A stretch of DNA of 64,000 nucleotides from the NCBI GenBank assembly GCA_964392105.1, contig CAYMPA010000001.1, forward strand, positions 4,118-68,117, in the 5' to 3' direction. The position numbers and the translations under genes were made by a program. This DNA comes from an uncultured Enterobacteriaceae bacterium. GTDB lineage: Bacteria > Pseudomonadota > Gammaproteobacteria > Eutrophobiales > Eutrophobiaceae. The notes under the pieces are model-generated. The model was not told the DNA's origin. It did not search any database and saw nothing but the letters and a program-made list of their open reading frames with translations. Each line of letters opens with the position of its first letter. Within the stretch, counting starts at the first letter, position 1. Shown here piece after piece: positions 9,485 to 19,089 of this stretch.

Positions 9485-10114
9485 TCAAGGCATTCCAATA
9501 TCATCAGCATTGCCGGAAATGCCGTCCGGCCCTCTGGAATGTACAAATATTTTATACTCTTTCCAGAAGGCATCTTCCTTGCCCCATTCCAGGCGATATT
9601 CAAACGTATTTCCCCATTCGTCAGTGATTTCGTTCTGTTTCAGGTAACCCTTATCAACCAGAACCGGCAGTCCTTCTTCATTACTGGGCGGTTCATCATC
9701 TTCTGTACCAAGCATATACAACATTGTTTTCAAAGAATGTAGTTTAGCAAGTACCTGTTGACGCTGGATATTGTTTGCAACACCGGGATTGAATGCAGCA
9801 ACCCTGTCGATATCACTCATGTTTTTTTGTTCTGGTTTCCACTCACTAGCAGATGAAGCATTTTCGCTGGTATCGCGGTCCTTATTGTCTTCTCCTGAAT
9901 ACAGAACAAGTCCGAGTATTGGAATAACGATAAGCAAAGCTACTGTAATGGTCACCACTGAAAATTTCCTGTTATTTGATGTGCATAGTTTACTTGCCTC
10001 GGCATGTGGCGGTTTTATTGTCTTGGAAATAACAACTCCGCATTTAGTACATACCTCTGCACGTGGCTGAAATGTTTGACAGGCCGGGCAGATCATATTT
10101 GATGTTTCAGACAC
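9485..10114 (-). CDS. Zinc-ribbon / single-TM protein with a type II secretion pseudopilin GspG-like C-terminal domain
   Basis: N-terminal CPACQTF...CTKCG zinc ribbon, one TM helix, and a C-terminus (DEWGNTFEYRLE...SRGPDGISGNADDI) that matches the T2SS-G globular-domain pattern. It lacks the prepilin GFTLIE leader. A GTG start at 10114 follows a GGAGAGG SD; an ATG (MICPAC) at 10096 is an alternative. Confidence 0.5.
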   Translation of the reverse strand: MSETSNMICPACQTFQPRAEVCTKCGVVISKTIKPPHAEASKLCTSNNRKFSVVTITVALLIVIPILGLVLYSGEDNKDRDTSENASSASEWKPEQKNMSDIDRVAAFNPGVANNIQRQQVLAKLHSLKTMLYMLGTEDDEPPSNEEGLPVLVDKGYLKQNEITDEWGNTFEYRLEWGKEDAFWKEYKIFVHSRGPDGISGNADDIGMP

Positions 10115-10355
10115 TATCCTCTCCTGCTGCTTTTTAACTCTGGGTAAACACCCTAAATAGAGAATAGACCACTGTGCCGCACAGGGCGATGAACATGGAT
10201 GTACCAATTGTAATCAAATGATAAAATTAACTCTCACTAATAAAAAACAAAAATCACGAATGTGGAATTAATTAATACCAAAGTAGCATTAAAGGCCTGT
10301 GAAAATGATGGAGAAATAAATAATGATTCAGAAAATTGAATATTATATTTAATTC

Positions 10356-10823
10356 ATGTCGCAACCTGATTTTAATAATGGTTTTTATAAGAAACACGGT
10401 CATCTTCTGTGTTTCAGTTTTCAGCACTGGACCGGTCGACCGCTTGTTGCTGCTCGGGAAGACCCTGTTCAATTGATTCTTGATTTATTCAACGCGCCTT
10501 TCGTCCTAGTCTCACACGGCACGGAAGATATTCCGATCTTTAATTTCGGCAATAAAGCGGCGCTTGAATTATTTAACCTGGAATGGGAACAATTCATTCG
10601 ACTCCAATCACAAGAATCTGCTGAAGCTATAAGTCGTGATGAACGTGATAAATTACTGACACGAGTCAACACAGATGGTTATATCAATGATTATAGCGGC
10701 GTAAGGATCACGTCAACCGGCAAGCGTTTCCTTATTGAGGATGCCACTGTTTGGAATATTGTAGATCATAGTGGTGTTTATCATGGGCAAGCCGCGATGT
10801 ATGAAAACTGGTCGTATATATAG
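10356..10823 (+). CDS. MEKHLA-domain (PAS-like) protein
   Basis: 155 aa with a VSHGTEDIPIFNFGNKAALELFNLEWEQFI...DGYINDYSGVRITSTGKRFLIEDATVWNI pattern consistent with the MEKHLA domain. Confidence 0.5.
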   Translation: MSQPDFNNGFYKKHGHLLCFSFQHWTGRPLVAAREDPVQLILDLFNAPFVLVSHGTEDIPIFNFGNKAALELFNLEWEQFIRLQSQESAEAISRDERDKLLTRVNTDGYINDYSGVRITSTGKRFLIEDATVWNIVDHSGVYHGQAAMYENWSYI

Positions 10824-10934
10824 AGACGGGTAGGCAGTTAAGGAAATTAATTAATTTTTTGCGAACTTGCCTGTCCTTGATGCGTCTAAAAAGCAATCCA
10901 ACATCCAGTACTGGAACTGATACGAAAGATAATA

Positions 10935-11909
10935 ATGTCCTGGAACTTCACATTGCTTTCCACGCCCTGGACACGTTGGGTGATTTATCCTCTCCTGGCA
11001 GTAGCACTGTTATATGTCATGGGGCCACACATGCTTTATGCGGGTCCCACAAACGGGTTCGATCTAAGCGACGCGCTGGTACCTGTTGAAGAGATTGAAC
11101 ACGGCGGTCCACCACGTGACGGTATTCCTGCGATTGACCAACCGCATTTTATTGCTGCCGACGATGTAAAGTTTCTTAATGATGACGACCGTGTCCTTGG
11201 AATCGATCGTAACGGCGTTCGCAAGGCCTATGCGATCAAGATCCTCAATTATCACGAAATCGTCAATGATAAGGTTGGCCAAGAAACCATTGTCGTCAGT
11301 TATTGTCCATTATGCGGAACCGGTATGGCTTTTCTGGCTTCTATAGATGGCTCCGTAAACAACTTCGGAGTATCGGGATTGTTATACAAAAGCGATGTGC
11401 TGCTCTATGACCGGGAGACCGATTCGCTTTGGTCACAAATCATGAAACAGGCCATTACCGGGCCGCTGCGCGGCAAGCGCTTGCGGCAGATTGTTATGTC
11501 CCATACCACCTGGAATGAATGGCGCAACCGGCATCCTGATACACTGGTGTTATCCACTGATACCGGTAGCCGGCGGAATTATAAGCGTTCGCCCTACGCT
11601 GGTTATGAAAACAGCACAGAACTCTACTTTTCAGTTGGCAGGATAGACCCGCGTTATCATCCGAAAGAACTGATTATTGGTCTGAGTTTGAATGGAATAA
11701 ACAAGGCTTACCCCTTCAAAGAATTGTCACGTTCTAACGGTGACATACAGGACAGTGTTGCCGGGCATAGATTACATGTGCGCTACGATGTAAGCAATCG
11801 AACCGGTCGTGTACTGACTAATGATGGCAAAGAGTTGCCCACTACTATTAGTTATTGGTTTGCATGGCATGCATTCCATCCTGATACTGAAGTCTATACA
11901 GCGCCTTAA
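10935..11909 (+). CDS. DUF3179-domain protein
   Basis: N-terminal TM/signal segment and a GGPPRDGIPAIDQPHF motif followed by a CPLCGTG segment. It resembles DUF3179 proteins. Confidence 0.65.
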   Translation: MSWNFTLLSTPWTRWVIYPLLAVALLYVMGPHMLYAGPTNGFDLSDALVPVEEIEHGGPPRDGIPAIDQPHFIAADDVKFLNDDDRVLGIDRNGVRKAYAIKILNYHEIVNDKVGQETIVVSYCPLCGTGMAFLASIDGSVNNFGVSGLLYKSDVLLYDRETDSLWSQIMKQAITGPLRGKRLRQIVMSHTTWNEWRNRHPDTLVLSTDTGSRRNYKRSPYAGYENSTELYFSVGRIDPRYHPKELIIGLSLNGINKAYPFKELSRSNGDIQDSVAGHRLHVRYDVSNRTGRVLTNDGKELPTTISYWFAWHAFHPDTEVYTAP

Positions 11910-11930
11910 GGTTTCGATCAAAGCTATATA

Positions 11931-11961
11931 AAAAATCTTCTCTATATTAAAAAGATTTTTT
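11931..11961. terminator. Bidirectional hairpin terminator between two convergent genes
   Basis: The sequence is AAAAATCTTctctatattaaAAGATTTTTT. It lies between the DUF3179 stop (11909) and the ABC-2 permease stop (11974). Confidence 0.5.
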
Positions 11962-11973
11962 ACTGCCTTTAAA

Positions 11974-12735
11974 TTATGACTTCAATCGATACCCTGTTTT
12001 AAAAATCCACCACACTGTTCCTAGACATAGCATCATAAAGATCAAAGTCATCCCCAGGCTGATAAACACATTTACATCTGCGACGCCATAAAAACTCCAG
12101 CGGAAACCACTGATCAAATACACAACTGGATTAAATAACGTAATCTTTTGCCACAGTGGCGGCAACATATTAATCGAGTAAAAGCTGCCACCCAGAAAGG
12201 TTAAGGGCGTAACGATCATCATCGGGACGATTTGTAGTTTCTCGAAATTATCTGCCCAGACACCGAGTATGAAACCAAACAAGCTAAAGGTTAATGCAGT
12301 TAACACGAGAAAACAGAACATATATAGAGGATATGCGATCTCGTAATCGACAAACAAACGTGCGGTTAACAGAATAAGCAAACCCAGGATGACTGACTTG
12401 GTGGCCGCAGCCCCGACATAACCGATCAGGATTTCTATATAAGACATGGGTGCCGACAGAACTTCATATATCGTCCCGGTAAACTTCGGCATATAAATAG
12501 CAAACGAGGAATTGGAGATGCTCTCGTTTAATAAGGACAACATAATCAAACCGGGAATGATAAATGCGCCGTAGCCTATGCCATCGATCTCGCCCATGCG
12601 CGATCCAATCGCAGCACCGAATACAACGAAATACAGTGATGTTGAAAGAACTGGCGATGCAATGCTTTGCATTAATGTTCGCCTGGTTCGCGCCATTTCA
12701 AATGAATATATTGCCTTGATTGCGTAGATGTTCAT
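11974..12735 (-). CDS. ABC-2 family transporter permease
   Basis: 253 aa with six TM helices. It is translationally coupled by an ATGA overlap to the upstream ABC ATPase gene. Confidence 0.8.
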   Translation of the reverse strand: MNIYAIKAIYSFEMARTRRTLMQSIASPVLSTSLYFVVFGAAIGSRMGEIDGIGYGAFIIPGLIMLSLLNESISNSSFAIYMPKFTGTIYEVLSAPMSYIEILIGYVGAAATKSVILGLLILLTARLFVDYEIAYPLYMFCFLVLTALTFSLFGFILGVWADNFEKLQIVPMMIVTPLTFLGGSFYSINMLPPLWQKITLFNPVVYLISGFRWSFYGVADVNVFISLGMTLIFMMLCLGTVWWIFKTGYRLKS

Positions 12736-13658
12736 TGTTTTGTCCTCACCAGATTGACGAAGATTTCCTCCAGCGAACTTTCGCTGGAATAGAGATCCTT
12801 AAAATCGATTCCATGTTCATTGAGCTGTCGCAGGAGTACGGCGATACCCGTATGTTCACGCTGGGCGTCGAAGGTATAAACCAGTTCATTGCCATCAGCC
12901 ACAAGCTCCAACGAATGATCGTTAAGTTCATCGGGAATTTGCGACAGCGGGTTTTGCAAATGCAAGGTCAATTGTTTCTTGCCGAGTTTTTTTATCAAAT
13001 CCACCTTGTCTTCCACCACAATAATCTCGCCCTTGTTGATCACACCGATACGGTCGGCCATCTCTTCAGCCTCTTCTATATAATGTGTCGTCAAGATAAT
13101 GGTGACACCATTTTCTCGTAAGCCCCGAACCATTTCCCACATGTCTCGACGTAATTCAACATCAACACCGGCAGTTGGTTCATCAAGAAATAAAATTGTT
13201 GGCTCATGCGACAGGGCCTTGGCAATCATGACCCGGCGTTTCATCCCGCCTGATAATGTCATAATCTTTGAGTCCTTCTTGTCCCACAGGGAAAGATCGC
13301 GCAATACCTTTTCGATATAGACTGGATTCGAGGGCTTGCCAAACAATCCGCGACTAAATTTCACCGTACCCCATACGTTTTCAAACATATCGGTAGACAA
13401 TTCCTGCGGCACCAAACCGATCTTCGATCGCGCTGCACGAAAATCCGAAATGATATTATGGCCATCCGCAATAACTTCTCCTTGGCTCGGTTTGACAATT
13501 CCGCAAATAACACCAATCAGTGTTGTCTTGCCTGCGCCGTTCGGACCGAGCAGTGCAAAGATCTCTCCCCGATTAATTTCCAGGTTAATATTCTTTAGTG
13601 CCTGGAGACCTGAAGCATAGGTCTTGCCAAGATTTTTGACCGAAATGATCGGCTGCAT
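12732..13658 (-). CDS. ABC transporter ATP-binding protein (ABC-2 exporter ATPase, YadG-like)
   Basis: Walker [10 protein letters not shown], signature LSGGMKRR, Walker B ILFLDEPT. Confidence 0.85.
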   Translation of the reverse strand: MQPIISVKNLGKTYASGLQALKNINLEINRGEIFALLGPNGAGKTTLIGVICGIVKPSQGEVIADGHNIISDFRAARSKIGLVPQELSTDMFENVWGTVKFSRGLFGKPSNPVYIEKVLRDLSLWDKKDSKIMTLSGGMKRRVMIAKALSHEPTILFLDEPTAGVDVELRRDMWEMVRGLRENGVTIILTTHYIEEAEEMADRIGVINKGEIIVVEDKVDLIKKLGKKQLTLHLQNPLSQIPDELNDHSLELVADGNELVYTFDAQREHTGIAVLLRQLNEHGIDFKDLYSSESSLEEIFVNLVRTKQ

Positions 13659-13815
13659 GAGACGTCCTTTTTATTGGGATTTCAAAAAAACGAGATTGTA
13701 ATCTTGATTTACTTAAAAGACACTTTTATTGATTTTATTCTCAAAACGTCTTCTGGAGATTTGAGTTAAATACTTCGCCTTAGATAAAAATTATACAAAT
13801 TAAAAAATTTAAGGA

Positions 13816-14406
13816 CTACCTCTCACTAATTATTTTTTGAACCTGTTTTAATCTCTTATCTCTTCCACATCCAAACCGATAATATTTATAACGCACCGGG
13901 TTCTTTTTATAATAATCCTGGTGATAGTCTTCGGCGGGATAAAACTCCTTTGCAGGAAGTATTTCAGTCACTATGGTTGCTTTACCTTTTAGCTTTTCCT
14001 GTAGTACTTGTTTGCTCTTTGTTGCTAGCTCTTTTTCTTTTTCGTTTCTGGTAAAAACTGCGGCCCGATATTGTGGGCCTTTATCGCAGAACTGGCCACG
14101 AGCATCGAAGGGATCGACGTTCATCCAGTAAACATCTAACAGTCTTTGATAACTGACTTTATTTGGATCGTATTCTATTTGTACTGCTTCGTAATGACCG
14201 GTCTTTCCTGAAGAAGTCTTTTTATAGGTCGGGTTTTCTAACGTACCGCCAGTATAACCAGATGTCGTGCTGATAACGCCATCGAGCTTGTCGAATGGTG
14301 GTTCCATACACCAGAAACAACCACCGGCAAAGATCGCAACATCATTCGCTGCGAACGAGGTAAGGTGAATGCTGTATATCAATACAGCGACTAATAATCG
14401 AGACAT
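13816..14406 (-). CDS. msrA: Peptide-methionine (S)-S-oxide reductase MsrA, with an N-terminal signal peptide
   Basis: The catalytic GCFWC motif follows a hydrophobic signal peptide (MSRLLVAVLIYSIHLTSFA). Confidence 0.88.
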   Translation of the reverse strand: MSRLLVAVLIYSIHLTSFAANDVAIFAGGCFWCMEPPFDKLDGVISTTSGYTGGTLENPTYKKTSSGKTGHYEAVQIEYDPNKVSYQRLLDVYWMNVDPFDARGQFCDKGPQYRAAVFTRNEKEKELATKSKQVLQEKLKGKATIVTEILPAKEFYPAEDYHQDYYKKNPVRYKYYRFGCGRDKRLKQVQKIISER

Positions 14407-14408
14407 GT

Positions 14409-14927
14409 TTAAGCTCGTAATTCAGGAAGTGGTTTATCGACTGGAATAAATTTTAATGCGAGACCGTTATTACAATAACGTAGGCCGGTAGGTGCTGGAC
14501 CATCCTCAAAGACATGACCTTGATGGCCACCACAACGAACACAATGGTATTCCGTACGGGGCCAAATCAATTTTAAATCCAGACTGGTATCAACACGGCC
14601 TTCTATTGGCTGGTAGAAACTCGGCCACCCCGTATAACTCTCATATTTTGTTTCTGATTCAAACAAGGGTAAATAACAGGCTGCACAGATAAAAGTTCCT
14701 TCCTGTTTTACTTTATTAAGTGGGCTGGATCCTGCTGGCTCGGTTCCATCTTCAAACAGGATGTGAAATTCGCGATGTGAGACCAATTTGCGCCATTGTT
14801 TATCAGATTTATCAAGAGTGGACAGATTTAATTCTTTATTAACCGGGTGGGCCAAAACACCAGGCCCTATGATCATTAGCGCCCCGGCAACACCGCCTGC
14901 TTGCAATAAAAACTGTCTACGTTGCAT
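14409..14927 (-). CDS. msrB: Peptide-methionine (R)-S-oxide reductase MsrB, with a twin-arginine signal
   Basis: SelR domain (two CxxC pairs, RYCNNG) preceded by a Tat-type leader, MQRRQFLLQAGGVAGALMIIGPGVLA. Confidence 0.88.
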   Translation of the reverse strand: MQRRQFLLQAGGVAGALMIIGPGVLAHPVNKELNLSTLDKSDKQWRKLVSHREFHILFEDGTEPAGSSPLNKVKQEGTFICAACYLPLFESETKYESYTGWPSFYQPIEGRVDTSLDLKLIWPRTEYHCVRCGGHQGHVFEDGPAPTGLRYCNNGLALKFIPVDKPLPELRA

Positions 14928-14996
14928 GTTATTTCTCCTGGAATAACATTTCAGACCGCTACAGAGGCATACAGTTCAGGAAATATTAAAATAGAC

Positions 14997-16037
14997 TTAC
15001 CCCTGACTTTGCAGGTTATGGCTTACATACAGGGAACTGGTAAACAGCAATATAGCGCCGCCCTGGTGTGCCGCTGCCAATGCCACGGGCACATGGTAGA
15101 GCAATGTTGTAATACCTAGCGACAGTTGGATTATCAGCAATGCCAACAAACTATAAATTGCGACACGCCTTTTCACCGTTACGCCATGACGCAATGATAT
15201 AACACTAAAACTCACGATCAGAATAAATAATAGATAGGCAAACATGCGGTGATTGAATTGAATTGTTGTTATGTCCTCAAACATCGCCATCCAACCTGTT
15301 GCATATAAGCTTGCTGGAATAAATGAGTCTCCCATCAGCGGAAAGGTGTTATAAGCCAATCCTGCGTGTGTGCCTGCAACCAGAGCGCCGGACAAGATCA
15401 TAAAAAACAACAACCCGGTTATTGTAAAAGCAAAAGCTTTCTGTCCGGCTTGTTTTTCCCTGAAGTTAATATTTACATTGGGAAGCAACAGCCCAAACGC
15501 GACCCAAAGCATATAAGCATAAATTATCACAGCAGCGCCCAGATGTGCTGCAAGGCGATATTGGCTCACATGGGGATTATCAACCAAGCCACTCATCACC
15601 ATATACCAGCCAAGCAGTCCTTGTAATCCACCCATGATAAACATGATTGCCAGCTTAGGTACGAGTTGGCGTTTTATATATCCCCGAAACAAAAAATAGA
15701 GGAAAGGGAATAGAAACATCAAACTGATTAATCGTCCTAGTATTCGATGGGCATATTCAAATAAAAAAATCGATTTAAATTCATTCAGGGTCATGCCCTT
15801 ATTGATCTTCTGGTACTCGGGAAACTGTTGGTATCGAGAAAAAGTGTCCTGCCAATCTGTATCGCTCAATGGCGGGATCACCCCCATTAGTGGTTTCCAG
15901 TCAACCATGGAAAGTCCGGAGTGCGTAAGGCGTGTTACGCCTCCGAGAATAACCATGGCAAAGATAACTGCTGCGCAGATAATCAGCCATATAGCAATTT
16001 GTCTATTACAGCGTTGTTCGATCAAGTCAGTCATCAT
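14997..16037 (-). CDS. ctaA: Heme A synthase (COX15/CtaA)
   Basis: 346 aa with eight TM helices. The COX15 pattern includes conserved His in TM2 and TM6 and the GGVTRLT motif. Confidence 0.85.
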   Translation of the reverse strand: MMTDLIEQRCNRQIAIWLIICAAVIFAMVILGGVTRLTHSGLSMVDWKPLMGVIPPLSDTDWQDTFSRYQQFPEYQKINKGMTLNEFKSIFLFEYAHRILGRLISLMFLFPFLYFLFRGYIKRQLVPKLAIMFIMGGLQGLLGWYMVMSGLVDNPHVSQYRLAAHLGAAVIIYAYMLWVAFGLLLPNVNINFREKQAGQKAFAFTITGLLFFMILSGALVAGTHAGLAYNTFPLMGDSFIPASLYATGWMAMFEDITTIQFNHRMFAYLLFILIVSFSVISLRHGVTVKRRVAIYSLLALLIIQLSLGITTLLYHVPVALAAAHQGGAILLFTSSLYVSHNLQSQG

Positions 16038-16265
16038 TACTCTCTAGGATTTTATTGCCTTTATATTCACACAAATTACTCTAGTCTCTATTGCCTTTAG
16101 TTATTAGGTGTTAATCCCAGAGGACATGCCCACAATTTCCGGCATGTATTGACTGTATTTAATTCAGAAGATGTATATTAGTTTTTTATCGTCTGTATTC
16201 ATTATAAAATTATATTATTATTAATTGCCTTACAAACCAATTTAAAATTTTGATCACTATATAAA

Positions 16266-16603
16266 ACATCTCTAAAAATTGTGTTTTTTCAAGTGCGAGG
16301 ACCTCGGTACCCCAGTGAGTGGTGAGCACCGCACGGACGACTGCATGGACACAGGACGACTCCAGGGATGGAGGAGGTAGAGAATGTTGGGAACACATTC
16401 TCGAGATAGAGCGACGCAGGAACGCCTACACGGATGTAGGTGGTAGAAAACGTCAGGAACAAGTTTTCGAGCCAAAGCCGAGAACCGCAGTGTATATGCA
16501 AATACATGAGGATAGCATGCCCCTTGGGCACAGCGTGCCCTCTGGATATTTGAGTACGGAGCTGACGAAGCAATTGGAGAAAAAGTGCATTTTTAGAGGT
16601 GCC
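16266..16603. repeat. Interspersed GC-rich hairpin-dense repeat, family 1, copy A (MITE-like, with TIRs)
   Basis: About 338 bp. Its reverse complement is nearly identical to 56056..56353 apart from a ~50 bp internal duplication. It ends in ...GTGCATTTTTAGAGGTGCC and starts with a degenerate inverse of that TIR (CATCTCTAAAAATTGTG). It contains serial perfect hairpins such as GGGCACgctGTGCCC and CCTACAtccgTGTAGG. Four track ORFs inside it (16210-16609) are spurious. Confidence 0.7.
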
Positions 16604-16683
16604 TTATAATTAAATAACAATAAACCTGGCTTGTTTCCATTATTAGCCGGAACATTTCATTTTCTAATAGCTAATTAATTACC

Positions 16684-18042
16684 ATGAAATTTTCATACTC
16701 TTTGCCTCACCCGGATAACTCTTCGGCCTGCCAGGCTCGTGGCTGGTTATTACTTGGCATTGGAGCTGTTGCTGCATCGGGTTTATTTTCAATATTGTTG
16801 GTGCTTTCTCGTACCCCTATACTACAAGCGCTTATTCCCTGGACAGATTTTTTTCATACTGCATTGGTTGTCCATGTCGATTTGTCGGTACTTATCTGGT
16901 TTCTCTCTTTTATTTGTTGTCTGTGGAGCCTTGATAAATGCACGCTATCGCCAATTATTGATTGTACGGCATTAATGTTTGCTATTACCGGGACCGTCCT
17001 CATTATATTGGCGCCCTTTACCGGTCCCGCCAACCCTTCTCTGAATAATTATGTGCCGATGCTGCAACAATCTTTTTTTATCTTTGCGCTTTGCCTGTTT
17101 GGTATTGGTGTCTGTTTACGCTCTGTAACTCGTCTTTTTGGTTCAAATTACAAACAAGACAATTGGAGTGAAACCACAACGTTGATACGCGGTAATGATG
17201 TCGCCGCCTTATCTGCAGTTATTGCCCTGTTAATATTCATCGGGTCATGGTTATCGCTCGATACAGATAGCATCGATGCCTATTATTACGAACTGCTTTT
17301 TTGGGGGGCAGGGCATACCTTGCAGATCTGTTACACCGTGATGGTACTGGTTGTCTGGTTATGGTTGGCCAAGTTTGCAAACATCAGCATCGCCATCACA
17401 CCACGTATTGTCGCCTTGCTGCTTACCCTGGTGGCTATCCCTGCTTTGATTTCACCATCCGTGTACCTGTTCAACACTATAGATAGTCCTGAAAACCGAA
17501 AGTGGTTTACAGAACTTATGACTTATGCAGGTCTTCTCATCGTGCCCCTTACCTTGCCGATTATCTTCCAAATATTCAGGCGCACTCAAACCGATGCCGG
17601 ACACAAGATCGCCAGAGCGGCCTTGATATGCTCACTGAGTCTATTTATCTTTGGTGGTGTATTGGGATTTATGATCCAGGGTATCAATGTCACTATACCG
17701 GCCCATTATCATGGATCTATAGTCGGGATTACGCTGGCCTTTTTCGGCCTGAGCTACTATCTGTTACCCTTGCTGGGTTATCAACAACCATCAATACGTC
17801 TGTCCGTAATACAACTTTATCTTTATGGCGCAGGCCAATTAATGCATATCTCTGGACTCGCCTGGTCTGGAGGCTATGGGGTGCAACGAAAGACCGCTGG
17901 CGCTGCGCAAGGACTGGACCGGCTACCGGAAATACTGGGCATGGGCATGATGGGCCTGGGTGGCCTCATTGCGATAATCGGTGGCATTCTGTTTGTTATC
18001 ATTGTGATACTGACCATATGGCCACGAACCAAACCGAAATAG
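16684..18042 (+). CDS. Divergent heme-copper oxidase subunit I-like 12-TM protein lacking the canonical CuB histidine pair
   Basis: 452 aa with 12 predicted TM helices. Its TM10 aligns with CoxA in this window: PAHYHGSIVGITLAFFGLSYYLLP versus VAHFHYVIVPGIIFGVFAGIYYWLP. TM2 keeps a His (ALVVHVDL) and TM6 keeps one His (FWGAGHTLQ versus FWFFAHPEVY), but the TM7 HH pair and the cross-linked Tyr are absent. Confidence 0.6.
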   Translation: MKFSYSLPHPDNSSACQARGWLLLGIGAVAASGLFSILLVLSRTPILQALIPWTDFFHTALVVHVDLSVLIWFLSFICCLWSLDKCTLSPIIDCTALMFAITGTVLIILAPFTGPANPSLNNYVPMLQQSFFIFALCLFGIGVCLRSVTRLFGSNYKQDNWSETTTLIRGNDVAALSAVIALLIFIGSWLSLDTDSIDAYYYELLFWGAGHTLQICYTVMVLVVWLWLAKFANISIAITPRIVALLLTLVAIPALISPSVYLFNTIDSPENRKWFTELMTYAGLLIVPLTLPIIFQIFRRTQTDAGHKIARAALICSLSLFIFGGVLGFMIQGINVTIPAHYHGSIVGITLAFFGLSYYLLPLLGYQQPSIRLSVIQLYLYGAGQLMHISGLAWSGGYGVQRKTAGAAQGLDRLPEILGMGMMGLGGLIAIIGGILFVIIVILTIWPRTKPK

Positions 18043-18067
18043 CCCTAACTAACCATTAAGTTAACAA

Positions 18068-18733
18068 TCATTCAGCAAAAACACGACTAATCTTGGTGAA
18101 GTTTTCGGCGATCTCTTTTGCATTGTGTGGCGGGGAAATTAATGCTCTTAATCTGGCCCCTGGATCAATAAGTAATATTGAAACACTATGGTTCACCTGA
18201 TAACTATTCGTTGCCTCAGCAGAATTTTCTATTTCCGCGCTGAAAAATATACCTAATGATTTAATCAATGCTTGTAATTGATCCATTTCACCTGACACGC
18301 CTAAAAATTCAGGGTTGAAATAAGTCACATATTCAGCAAGCACATCTTTACTATCTCTCTCAGGATCAACTGAAACAAAGACCACCTGTGGCATGGTATC
18401 TTCTCCTGATTGCTGTAAGTTCTTGTAGGTAGTATCCAGCACGGATAATGTCATAGGACAGACGTCCGGACAGTGCGTATAGCCAAAAAATATCAGCGTC
18501 CACTTGCCTTTAAAATTATCCCGCACAAAGACCTGACCAGTATGATCCTGTAAGTTAAATTCCGGGATTTCTAAAGGTTCTGGCAATACCGTTGCAGTTG
18601 TTCCCGGAGATTGTGGTGATATCGGTTTTTTTATATATTCGCTTAGTGCTGTTGAGGCGCCGAACCCGAGCAGAATAAACCCGAATATTAATAAAACCCT
18701 TATGGTAATTGCTTTCGAAAAACTCGCTGGCAT
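18068..18733 (-). CDS. SCO1/SenC copper chaperone (thioredoxin-like, membrane-anchored)
   Basis: N-terminal TM anchor, a CPDVCP copper-binding motif and a downstream conserved His. Confidence 0.85.
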   Translation of the reverse strand: MPASFSKAITIRVLLIFGFILLGFGASTALSEYIKKPISPQSPGTTATVLPEPLEIPEFNLQDHTGQVFVRDNFKGKWTLIFFGYTHCPDVCPMTLSVLDTTYKNLQQSGEDTMPQVVFVSVDPERDSKDVLAEYVTYFNPEFLGVSGEMDQLQALIKSLGIFFSAEIENSAEATNSYQVNHSVSILLIDPGARLRALISPPHNAKEIAENFTKISRVFAE

Positions 18734-19087
18734 TTAACCTAGAAACCGCAGTTGATCGCGTTTGAGTGTGCTTTTATTAGGCTCAGTTGCGCCGATTAAA
18801 AAGACGCGCATAGTTATCTCCATGGATGGAGTGTATGTCGCGGGAGGACAGGACGTCCGGAGCGACGATTTATAAATGTACAGGACGTACGGTATGCTGG
18901 TTTTGCAGGAGCAAAAACCAGCGATTCTACGTAAGGCTTTTGCCGTCAAGCAAATCAGCCTAAAAAACGTGCGATCAAATGCATAGGAGGATTCACCCAG
19001 AGTGTAAATTGCTAAAACAGGATATGTTTCTGGTTTATGATACATAATTTTAATTTGATGGCGATCAATTGCGGTTTTTAGGTTTAA
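18734..19087. repeat. Interspersed repeat, family 2, copy A (MITE-like)
   Basis: Starts TTAACCTAGAAACCGCAGTTG and ends CAATTGCGGTTTTTAGGTTTAA, an inverse of the start. It is homologous to 53793..54086 and carries an extra ~60 bp internal palindromic insertion (GTCGCGGGAGGACAGGACGTCCGGAGCGAC). It exactly fills the ctaB-stop to SCO1-start gap. The 103-aa track ORF inside it is probably spurious. Confidence 0.7.
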
Positions 19088-19089
19088 TA

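Noticed and set aside
16210-16609. Four overlapping track ORFs (62-96 aa) on both strands at 16210-16609
   Set aside because: They lie entirely inside family-1 repeat copy A. GC-rich palindromic DNA gives open frames on both strands. The 'proteins' are low-complexity and mirror each other.
18734-19045. 103-aa ORF (and 84-aa ORF at 53793-54047) with shared peptide FFRxICLTAxALRRIAGFCSCKTSIPYVLYI
   Set aside because: Both lie within family-2 repeat copies, so their conservation follows from nucleotide identity of the repeat. There is no SD or start context. They are kept only as a caveat in the family-2 finding.
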